Shown in pieces: positions 11,522 through 20,206 of a stretch of DNA of 64,000 nt. The stretch lies in NCBI GenBank assembly GCA_000004985.1, contig GG738868.1; one strand, written 5' to 3'. The notes beneath the pieces were generated by a model. It saw nothing but the letters and a program-made list of their open reading frames with translations, searched no databases and was not told the DNA's origin. The stretch is from Naegleria gruberi. Its lineage: Eukaryota. The first letter of the stretch is position 1. Each line of letters opens with the position of its first letter. The position numbers and the translations under genes are program-made.

Positions 11522-13561
11522 ATGAATTTTAATTGGCGCCAATTATTTGGTTTATTAATTGCACTTGTTTCAGTAATAATATTATTGGAAAGTAATCGTG
11601 ATGGTTTAGTATTGAGTGTTGGTGCTGTTGGTGTTGTGAATATTACAATTCCTTCTTCAGGTCCTAAATTTCCCAAGTACGAATGTATGACACAAACACC
11701 AGTCAATCAAAAGTATTATCCAACCATGTACACTATCGATACTGATTATTATGAATTTTGTCAGATTGATGACAGTGCAAAGGTGCCGAAAATTGTGAGA
11801 GAATTGAATAGATTGGATACTTGTGCAGAGTTTTTCTGTCGATCGGATAAGGTTTGGGATTTTAGAAATAGTACACAGCTGTCATTGTTTGGATTCATGT
11901 TAAATCATTGTTTGTATTGTGAGAGTAATGAGTCAATGGCTAAGGAATTTAGAAATCAAGTGAGAAATGGCTCTTGTCCTGCAATGGTACTGCCAAAAGG
12001 GTTAAATTTTGTGGATGCTTTTTATGGAGTTGCTTCAGTTCATTGCAATTTGAATGATTTGAATTCGAATGGATTTGTGAACTTTCCACTTGTGGATTAC
12101 AACTTGTTCCTCTCTGAATACTTTATGAACGATTTTGCCAAGTATAGGAGGCAAGTCTTGTTGGAGAAAATTCCAGACAGCTACAAGGATGCCCTCAGTA
12201 ATGTCACTCTCAATTCCCTCGTAAGATATTATTTCAGAGATTATTCCGATTATTCATATGCCAATCTCACTCAAACAATCAAGTCACCAACTGACCTACC
12301 ACTCCTGTGCTGGTGCAGATATCAAGAACCATCAGTACAATCGTTCGGATATCAATGCAATGAATTCTATCAAAATGGCTATCTTTCCTTCATTTATCAT
12401 TACAGTGCCATCTTCTTTTCAATCATTTTCAGCTTTTACTGCTATGGAATTGTAATATTCATCATTATTCCAAGAGTTTATGAACGATTCTCCTCATTCA
12501 AACAAAGAACAGACATCAAAATGACATCATCCATTCCAAAAAAGATTTTAATGACATTGAGACACTTTATGGATATTGTCACTCATCCTCCTGTATTTTT
12601 TGCATTGGGATCTTTATGTGGATTTTTAGAAAATTTTGCAAGAAACATTTTCAACTTCAAGTCCACAAATCCATTCTATCAAGTTTACTTTTTCGGAATT
12701 TTCAGAGCACTCAGTTGTGCCTTACTATTGTGTGGCTATTCTTCATTAGTTATTTCATGGGCTCATGTTATTGATCTATCAAAGAGAAAGGCTGTTGTGG
12801 AGGAGGGAAAGACAGAAAAGAAAATCAAACTCAGAAAGGGATTGTCTGTCTTTAATCTTTCAGTTTTAATCATTTTCTATGTGGCTGTAATTGTTGTGAT
12901 TATTATTTCCCTGGGAATGTTTGTAATCTTCCAGAACGACACTACAGCTTGGATTTTGATGGCTGCTGCCATCTTGTTCTACTTATTGACCTTTGTTGCT
13001 GGGTTTTCATTCTATGGTATCAAAATTCTAGTAACTTTGAGAAAGACAAGCAACTTTGGAAGTTTAATAGAGTACAGATTCACAAAATTCATCATGGCTG
13101 AAACTTTTCTCTTCTTTATTGTGTGGGCTATTTGTTTCCTCATGTTGTTGACGTACATGTTTGGATTTGACTTTTTGTCACTCTTCTATGGATTGAGTAG
13201 AGTATTAGTTGGAGATGCTTCCCTTGTTGCCATGTTGGTGCTCTCCTCATACATTACATTCAATGAACCAGTGTTTGCAAGTTTGTACGGATGGAGAGCA
13301 TTGAATGTTTGGAAAATTGTAACATCATGTGGATATGAAATCTACAGAAAGAAGAAGGAAGCAAATGAACAATTAACAGTGAAGGAAATAGATTTGAAAC
13401 AAACCAAGGTCGTTGAAGACAAAAACGACAATTTACCAAACGACACAAACCTCAATTCGCCAGAAAATTCAAAATCAGAGAGTGTACCCAATCAAGTTGT
13501 GGATAGTAATCCCGAGGATTCTCAACAAGCCAATCAACACGAGCAAGTATCAAGTATATAA
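11522..13561 (+). CDS. 7TM receptor-like protein with signal peptide and about 290-aa Cys-rich N-terminal ectodomain
   Basis: The table ORF starts at TTG 11456. The first ATG is 11522 (MNFNWRQLFGLLIALVSVIILLE), a signal peptide. The ectodomain has about 14 Cys and N-glycosylation sequons. It is followed by seven hydrophobic helices, for example IFFSIIFSFYCYGIVIFIII and FLFFIVWAICFLMLLTYMFGF. The C-terminal tail is S/N-rich. It is transcribed divergently from the G-alpha gene. Confidence 0.6.
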   Translation: MNFNWRQLFGLLIALVSVIILLESNRDGLVLSVGAVGVVNITIPSSGPKFPKYECMTQTPVNQKYYPTMYTIDTDYYEFCQIDDSAKVPKIVRELNRLDTCAEFFCRSDKVWDFRNSTQLSLFGFMLNHCLYCESNESMAKEFRNQVRNGSCPAMVLPKGLNFVDAFYGVASVHCNLNDLNSNGFVNFPLVDYNLFLSEYFMNDFAKYRRQVLLEKIPDSYKDALSNVTLNSLVRYYFRDYSDYSYANLTQTIKSPTDLPLLCWCRYQEPSVQSFGYQCNEFYQNGYLSFIYHYSAIFFSIIFSFYCYGIVIFIIIPRVYERFSSFKQRTDIKMTSSIPKKILMTLRHFMDIVTHPPVFFALGSLCGFLENFARNIFNFKSTNPFYQVYFFGIFRALSCALLLCGYSSLVISWAHVIDLSKRKAVVEEGKTEKKIKLRKGLSVFNLSVLIIFYVAVIVVIIISLGMFVIFQNDTTAWILMAAAILFYLLTFVAGFSFYGIKILVTLRKTSNFGSLIEYRFTKFIMAETFLFFIVWAICFLMLLTYMFGFDFLSLFYGLSRVLVGDASLVAMLVLSSYITFNEPVFASLYGWRALNVWKIVTSCGYEIYRKKKEANEQLTVKEIDLKQTKVVEDKNDNLPNDTNLNSPENSKSESVPNQVVDSNPEDSQQANQHEQVSSI

Positions 13562-13702
13562 CTTTTTATTGCATCCAACAATGTCAAATGTATTTAATTG
13601 TGAAAAATCCAAAGACAGCAAATTCCTTAACATGACAATCTTCATTATTGCTTTAAACCAACATGAAATTTCATTCAATTAGACTCAAACAATCAAAACA
13701 AA

Positions 13703-14272
13703 ATGGACGGAATTAATTTACTCGAAACTGATCATACCAAGCTTCGTGACAAGATTTCACAATTCAGAAATAATGATAACTGGACAAGTCGTCAACTGTT
13801 GATCAAGGAAATTATTTCAAATGTGTGCCAACACACTTCTGCTGAGGAAAGATATCTCTACGATTTGATTACCCAAAAATTCGACAATGGAAAATTCCTC
13901 TACGATAAGCAATTGATCGACAATCAAGTCCACAAGGAAATGATGCAATTCTTACTCGACAAGATTGATATTCTCTCAGTTGGAAATATGTCATTCCGTG
14001 ATTCCTATCAACAAGAATGTGAAAAACTCTTCTCAGTTCTCGAAGATCACATGAAGGAAGAAGAACAATTAGTTTTCCCTAAACTTCGTGAAACTCTCAA
14101 CACTACTGAATTGAGTGATTTGTACAAGAATTTGGAATGGGCAAAACAAAATGCTCCAACCAGACCACATCCATCAACTCCAGTTGTTGGATCAAAGATT
14201 TTACATCCAGTTGCTGGACTTGTTGATTCACTTACTGAAAGTTTGACTGGAACTACTAATGTTAACAAGTAA
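13703..14272 (+). CDS. hemerythrin-like (HHE cation-binding) domain protein
   Basis: ATG at 13703. His/Glu spacing (HTKLRD...HTSAEE...HKEMMQFL...HMKEEEQLVFPKL) fits the four-helix H..HxxxE pattern of hemerythrin-like domains. This assignment is moderate only. Confidence 0.4.
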   Translation: MDGINLLETDHTKLRDKISQFRNNDNWTSRQLLIKEIISNVCQHTSAEERYLYDLITQKFDNGKFLYDKQLIDNQVHKEMMQFLLDKIDILSVGNMSFRDSYQQECEKLFSVLEDHMKEEEQLVFPKLRETLNTTELSDLYKNLEWAKQNAPTRPHPSTPVVGSKILHPVAGLVDSLTESLTGTTNVNK

Positions 14273-14631
14273 TTCAATTGAATCAACACAGTTGTGAACT
14301 AGAATAGATTGATTTAAATTGTATTGATAATATTAATAAAGTAAAGGTGTGTCAAGTGTTGTTTACAATAAGAATGTTATTGGAAAGGGCAAGAGAATTA
14401 AATGTCAATCAGTTGTTTAACCTTCCATGAATGTCTTTACAAACGAAGGAGCGTTCCTTTTCATCTAATGCCCTTCTAATTACTCTGTGTTTCGCTCACT
14501 TCAGCAGAACAATTATGAAGTATCGGATTTTGAAAACTAAACTTAAAAAAAAAATACGCAAACATCTTCTGCTGCTGCTATTAGAATTTAAACAAATAAT
14601 TAACGGTTAATCCTTCATCACTCACAACACA

Positions 14632-16120
14632 ATGAATCCCGTAGATCCGAATTGGATTGAAACTCAACATCGTTCCTTTTTAAATTGGACGAATAGTCAA
14701 CTACGAAACAAACATGTTCAATTGACTAATTTAACAGAAGATTTAAAGAGTGGAGTCCATTTACTTGAATTACTCTCCGAATTACTTCATACTCCAATAC
14801 ACATTCCAATTACAAATCCACAGTTTAGAATACAAATGATGAATAACTTGACAGAAGCTTTGGAAATTATTCGAAAGGATTGTGACATTTCCTTGATAAA
14901 TATTGATTCGAATGATATAGTAGATGGAAATACCAAGTTAGTTTTAGCATTAATTCACTCATTGATGTATAAATATCAAGTATGTAAAGCAATGAGTGAT
15001 GACAGAAATGTCATTGACAAGAATACGCCAATGACAGTTGTTGAAAAGCAATTAATTGATTGGTTGAATTCAATTTTATATAATTCTCAACCTGTAATTA
15101 CAAATATTACAAATGATTGGACAAATGGTGAACATTTGAAAAATCTAGTTCATTATTTTCTTCCACATAATTTCGAACAAGTATTCGAAAGTTTGAATTC
15201 AATGAATCCGACTGAGAAAATTGCAGAATGTATTAAATTAGCTGATCAAGAATTGAAAATTCCAAAGATTTTAGAAGCTCAAGATATTTCCAATGGTCCA
15301 GATCAATTTTCCATGTTGGCTTATTTATCCTATTATAGAATGGCAATTAAGAAACAATTAGATCAGAAACCACCATTGGTAGAAACTGTTTCTAATACTC
15401 CTCCTCTTCCTCAACCAACAACCAATAGAAGTGGTACAAGTTCCTCCTCCTCCTCAACAACAACCATCATTGGTAGCTCAACAAGTTCCTCCTCCACCAA
15501 TTCAAGTCGAAACTAAACCAATTTCACAGCCAACAGTTTCTTCTATGAATTTTGATGATATTTCAAGTGCTCCACCATTGTCTCCTCCTTCCATTGATGA
15601 GCAAAAATTTAATTATCAACAACAACCTCCAGTCCAGAATTGGAATTTACAACCAAGTCAACCAGTCCAACCAGTTCAATATTATCCACAATCTCATCAA
15701 CAATCATTGACCAAATCAACCTATCTTCCAGATCAATCCAATCAAGCAAATTCTCACATTTCTTCATTATATTCACCTGGAAATTCAAATTCTGTTCAAC
15801 TCATTCCACAAATTCCTTCTCCAAATCAACAAGTGTACGGACAAGAAAACAATCATCAATCATTGATGGTTCCACCACCTCTAATGCCAACACAATCATT
15901 GCAACCATACATGGATCCATATCAACAGTTTAATGGAATACCAACTCAACACATGATGATGATGAATCAATATTCTCCTCAAATGCAACCTCCTCCACAA
16001 ATGCCTCCACAACAGCAACGACAACCAATGATTATCACCACAACTACTACTACAAATAATCATCAAGTATTCACATCGGATAATATGCAATATGGATATT
16101 ATCAACAACAATTTTATTGA
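14632..16120 (+). CDS. tandem calponin-homology (CH1-CH2) actin-binding-domain protein with Pro/Gln-rich tail
   Basis: CH1 is WIETQHRSFLNWTNSQLRNKHVQLTNLTEDLKSGVHLLELLSELL. CH2 is VVEKQLIDWLNSIL...NITNDWTNGEHLKNLVHYFLP. The reading frame shifts by +1 between table ORFs 14632..15516 and 15431..16120, which overlap at 15385-15516. Either a short intron (for example donor near 15383/15395 and acceptor ...cattggtAG near 15476) or a frameshift joins the CH domains to the P/Q-rich tail (QVPPPPQQQP...QMPPQQQRQP). Confidence 0.6.
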
Positions 16121-16467
16121 GTAAATTGAAAATTTGAAATTCAATAAATTTTTATTGTAAACTTTCAAGTATTGGGAAATTTCCACTTTTTTGATATGTT
16201 TGTGGTATTGATAGATACGAATCTGAATATGAATCTCTGAGAATTCGAATATTTTTCTTGTAATTTCCATTTTTGAATTCTTTTCAAACCTCATTTAGAT
16301 CTAATACAACATTTCACATTCTTTCATTGTATTCGATAGTAGTACAATCCTATTCTAGCTGATTAGTATTGATTTTGGCGCGTTGTAGTTTTATATTCTC
16401 TGACACAAAATTCCTTAAATACTGAACTTTCGGCAGATTTCTTCCAGAACAGTTCCAAAAAAAACAA

Positions 16468-18339
16468 ATGACCCCATTCAAGAATCTAGTGCTTGCACTA
16501 TTGGGTCTTGTCTGCTTGACACTTATTACAAACTCTGTACAAAGTTCAAGCATGCCATCCATCATTAGAAGACAATTGACATATAAGAAATGTGAATCCA
16601 TTGGTGATCCACATTATCTTTCATTCACTGGTCAACGTTTCGATCACATGGGTTTAGGAGATTACGTTCTTGCTCAATCATCTGATAATCAATTCACTGT
16701 TCATGTCAGAACTAGTAAGTGGGGAGGTGCTGCAGCTGTCAATTCCAATGTTGCTGTCAGATTAGGTAAAGGAGAAGATGATACTTTCGAATATGATGTC
16801 GAACAAGATGTTTTTTACATTTCTGGTGTAAAGGCAAGTGTAGCTGTCAATCAAAAAGTTTCACTTGGAACAGGTGACATTCACAGATTGAATTCTAACA
16901 CTGCTGTCATTTCTGCATCCAATGGAGTCAAGATGACAATGTCTTGGTATCGTCATGCTGCTTGGAAACAACAATTAGGTTCGGTTGGCTACATTTCAGC
17001 TGTCATTGATGCTCCAAGTGATGTCAATTTCAGTAAGGGAATGTGTCTTGGCATTAATCAAGCATCTCAACAAGCAATTGACATTTTGCACAATCACGTT
17101 CAGAGAAGAATTGCTAGAAAGGCAGAACTCTTGAAGGAAACTCCAAAGAGAAAGAGAACTGCACGAAAGGTCTGTAAGAAAGCTGGTTTAAAGAAGAAAC
17201 AAAATCCATTCGCTTGGAAGTCATGTGTCAAGGATGCCATTCAATCAGGTGCCAAGATTGGTTTGGCAATTGGTAAAACCATTAAGAAGGTTAAAGTTGC
17301 TGAAAAGAAAGTTCTGAAAAAGGCAATGAAGAAGAGAGGCAAGAAAATTGTTCGAAAGGTAAAGAAGGGAATTAAAAAGGCAGAGAAACAAGTTGACTTG
17401 TTGAAGAAGAAGGCTGATCAAGCTCAAAAGAAGGCAACTGCAAAGAAAAACAAGTGTGCTAAGCGTGCTTCCAGAAAGGCCAGACGTGCTGCTAGAAGAG
17501 CCAGACGTGCCCAAAAGAAACTTGCAAAGAAACAACAAATTCTTGAAAAGGTCAAGAAAACTGTCAAGAAAACTATCAAGAAAGTTGGTCGTCGTGTGAG
17601 AAAGGTCAGAATTGTCAAGAATTGGAACAAGCTCATCAAGAAGGTCAGAAGGGACAGAAAGAGAGCCATGAAAGCTGCTAAGAAAGCTAAGAAAGCTGCT
17701 AAAAGAGCCATCAAGGAAGCAACCAGAAAGGCAAGACAACTGGCAGAAGAAAAGAAGAAACAAGCTGAAGAATTAGCTAAAAAGCTCCAAAGAGATGCTG
17801 AAGCAGCTGCCAAGAAATTGAGAGATGCTGTCGAAGCTGCTGCAAGAAAGGCAAGAGAGGCTGCCGAAAGAGCCAGACAACAAGCTGAAAATGCCAGATT
17901 GAAAGCTACTCGTCGTGCTAGAAAACAAGCTGAAAGATTGGCCAAGTTGGCCAGAGAAGCTGCTGAAAGAGCTGCCAAGCAACAAAGAGCCATTCTTGAA
18001 CAAATTCAAAAGCTTGCCAAATTGGCTGCCATCAAGAAAGCTCAACAACAAGCTGAAGCAAAGAAGAGAGCTGCCAAAGCTTTGAGAAAGGTTGAACAAG
18101 CCAAGAGAAAGGCAGCTGAAGCTCTTGAACGTGCCAAAGCGGAAGCAACCAGAAGATCTATTGAATTGGCTGATAAATTGAGAAAAGCTGCTGAAAGAGC
18201 TGCTAAAGAAGCAGTTGAAAGAGTCAAAAAAGTTGAGGAATTGAAGAAGAAGGCCATTAAGGAAGTTGAAGAAAGGGCCAGAAAACTTCTTACTGGAGGT
18301 GTTTCAAAGGGAAAGACTGTTTGTTTAAGACTTCCATAA
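16468..18339 (+). CDS. secreted protein: signal peptide + VWD-like domain (GDPH motif) + about 420-aa polybasic Lys/Arg/Ala-rich helical tail
   Basis: ATG at 16468. The signal peptide is MTPFKNLVLALLGLVCLTLITNSVQSS. KCESIGDPHYLSFTGQRFDHMGLGDYVLAQSSDNQFTVHVRT matches the N-terminal signature of von Willebrand factor type D domains (C-x3-GDPHY-x-[ST]F-x-G...Y-L). From about aa 200 the protein is more than 50% K/R/A (KKAMKKRGKKIVRKVKKGIKKAEK...), grading into mixed-charge KAAE/ERAR heptad-like helices. Codon choice is strongly biased (aag/aga/gct/gtt). Confidence 0.7.
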   Translation: MTPFKNLVLALLGLVCLTLITNSVQSSSMPSIIRRQLTYKKCESIGDPHYLSFTGQRFDHMGLGDYVLAQSSDNQFTVHVRTSKWGGAAAVNSNVAVRLGKGEDDTFEYDVEQDVFYISGVKASVAVNQKVSLGTGDIHRLNSNTAVISASNGVKMTMSWYRHAAWKQQLGSVGYISAVIDAPSDVNFSKGMCLGINQASQQAIDILHNHVQRRIARKAELLKETPKRKRTARKVCKKAGLKKKQNPFAWKSCVKDAIQSGAKIGLAIGKTIKKVKVAEKKVLKKAMKKRGKKIVRKVKKGIKKAEKQVDLLKKKADQAQKKATAKKNKCAKRASRKARRAARRARRAQKKLAKKQQILEKVKKTVKKTIKKVGRRVRKVRIVKNWNKLIKKVRRDRKRAMKAAKKAKKAAKRAIKEATRKARQLAEEKKKQAEELAKKLQRDAEAAAKKLRDAVEAAARKAREAAERARQQAENARLKATRRARKQAERLAKLAREAAERAAKQQRAILEQIQKLAKLAAIKKAQQQAEAKKRAAKALRKVEQAKRKAAEALERAKAEATRRSIELADKLRKAAERAAKEAVERVKKVEELKKKAIKEVEERARKLLTGGVSKGKTVCLRLP

Positions 18340-18480
18340 ATCTAATTCACCTAAGTATCAATTTGTAAATAAAACACGTTAAGATTTGTTTGTTGTAAAC
18401 TAGACACAAAAAAATTTGTGTCAAGCCAAAACCAATAAATACGTTGTTTCATCAACACGATCAAAAATTTTCAAAAAAAA

Positions 18481-19053
18481 ATGGCTAAAGCAACAAGAGG
18501 ACCTCGCATTCATCTACCAACTGATTACAAACACAAAAAAATTGACACTTTTTGTAGAAATCTGGCTTCGCAATCCAATACTACTCAAGCTTCCTCCCCA
18601 ACAAGAGATTTAGATGATTGTCAACCATTGGCAGATGACATTCCACTGGAAGAATGCGAGCATGATAATCAAGTAACAATGGCTGAGCAACAACTCATCG
18701 ACAGTACCAAATTATCACCGTGGCTAAAAGCAGCTGTTGAGAAATTGTGGAAGTTATCAATCAGAAACATCTATTTGAAACAGCTCTATAGAGAATACAA
18801 GCTAGGAAGATTGTTCTTTGAGCTAAAGAAGCAATGGGTATTCAATTTAGATATAGAATCGGTTGATCCTGTTGTGGAGAGTTGTAAGTTGTGTGGCCAC
18901 AAACATGTCAGCAAACATTTCCACATTCAACACAAGAAAAATGGAACAATCATCAAAGCAGGCTCAGAATGTGTAAAGAAGTTTAGAGTTGATGACTTGT
19001 CAAAGGAAGATTCCTTAATGGTTATCAAGCACTTGATTGGTTCCTTGCCATAA
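18481..19053 (+). CDS. hypothetical protein (possible C-terminal Cys/His zinc-binding motif)
   Basis: ATG at 18481. 190 aa. CKLCGHKHVSKHFHIQH...GSECVKKF may be a Cys/His cluster. No family assigned. Confidence 0.4.
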   Translation: MAKATRGPRIHLPTDYKHKKIDTFCRNLASQSNTTQASSPTRDLDDCQPLADDIPLEECEHDNQVTMAEQQLIDSTKLSPWLKAAVEKLWKLSIRNIYLKQLYREYKLGRLFFELKKQWVFNLDIESVDPVVESCKLCGHKHVSKHFHIQHKKNGTIIKAGSECVKKFRVDDLSKEDSLMVIKHLIGSLP

Positions 19054-19109
19054 CGAAAGAAAGAAAGGACTCTTATAATTATATGAAAATTAACCTTGTG
19101 TTCAATAAT

Positions 19110-19874
19110 TTATTGTTCTGCTTCTAACTTGTTTTCTTCCTTTGCTTTATGTCTTTTCAATTCTTCTTTGATATAATCATTATAAATAGCCTCTGTCTCA
19201 ATGAATACCTTATTATATAATGTAAAGTTATCTTTGTTATCTTTGATATCCTTCTCAGCAATCATATACTTGGCTTGCAAAATTTCAACAGTTTGTCTTC
19301 TGACACTTTCCAAACTAGTTCTCATCATGGCATTAATCAAACCAATTCTGAACATGGATTGTGGAACAACCTTAATAATGGTACCAGTACACAGGACACC
19401 TGTTTTGAAGATTGTAGCATCAAGTTTACTTTCGTAAACAGTGGAGGCAACACACATGATCATTCCATTATTGAGATCTGTCATCATGCATGTGTTATTT
19501 TCACCTGTGGAAATACTCATCTTGAGATTCTTGGCAACTGTTCTCAAAGCAGAAATGGCAAGAGCTTGATAACTCTTACTGTTGAATAATTCTAACAAAT
19601 CTACCAAGAGATCTGTCAAATTGACATCAATTGACTTGGTGAAAACGACAGCTTTCTTATAAATGATAGCACCACTTGCATCAGTTGGCATTGCAAAAGA
19701 ATCGTGGAATAGCTTGCAGGTTTTTTCATCACAATCTTTAATCCACTTTTTCACAGAATTGTACGTAGTTTCGTCTGTAGTACTTGGGTGAGTACCTGTT
19801 GTAATAGCATTGATGGCTCCAGTAACTCCTGACTGAATGTCTTCAATAGGAATCTTATCAAAAACGTTTCCCAT
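19110..19874 (-). CDS. hypothetical protein with N-terminal MGN (candidate N-myristoylation)
   Basis: ATG at 19872-19874. 254 aa. The C-terminus is a charged coiled-coil-like region (EELKRHKAKEENKLEAEQ). No family assigned. Confidence 0.45.
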   Translation of the reverse strand: MGNVFDKIPIEDIQSGVTGAINAITTGTHPSTTDETTYNSVKKWIKDCDEKTCKLFHDSFAMPTDASGAIIYKKAVVFTKSIDVNLTDLLVDLLELFNSKSYQALAISALRTVAKNLKMSISTGENNTCMMTDLNNGMIMCVASTVYESKLDATIFKTGVLCTGTIIKVVPQSMFRIGLINAMMRTSLESVRRQTVEILQAKYMIAEKDIKDNKDNFTLYNKVFIETEAIYNDYIKEELKRHKAKEENKLEAEQ

Positions 19875-20206
19875 TGTTTCTAATTGTTTGTTCTTGTGTG
19901 ATTTTTTTTGTTTTGTTTGGTGAAGTTATTAGTATTACGTGAGATGAAACATTCCAATACATGTGATTTTTCGAACAGTTTGGGAAATGGTTTACAATAT
20001 CGTGTGAACTGTTAAGAGGAGTTTTCATCATTTTTGAATTAATAATCAGGCATGGAGCTGAATTTTGATCAATGATATCCTAATACACGGAGAGGTCCTC
20101 ATTTGTTTTGGATTACTGTTCTGTTTAAATCAAAGTACTTTACAATGAAGCATTTACAGTTTATTTACTGTAAAGCGTCCTAGATCAAAAGATAACCCAT
20201 AAAAAA

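Noticed and set aside
11200-11706. 168-aa minus-strand ORF overlapping the 5' end of the 7TM receptor gene
   Set aside because: It has no motifs, overlaps a gene with a clear signal peptide on the other strand, and lies in what should be that gene's promoter and 5' UTR.
17245-18257. Long antisense ORFs (172-189 aa, Leu/Ser/Ala/Phe-rich) on the minus strand opposite the polybasic tail of the 16468..18339 gene
   Set aside because: They are the reverse-complement reading of an AAG/GCT/AGA-rich repeat and give CTT/AGC/TCT codons (L/S/A/F). They have no start context or domain and fully overlap a convincing sense gene. This is a classic low-complexity mirror artefact.
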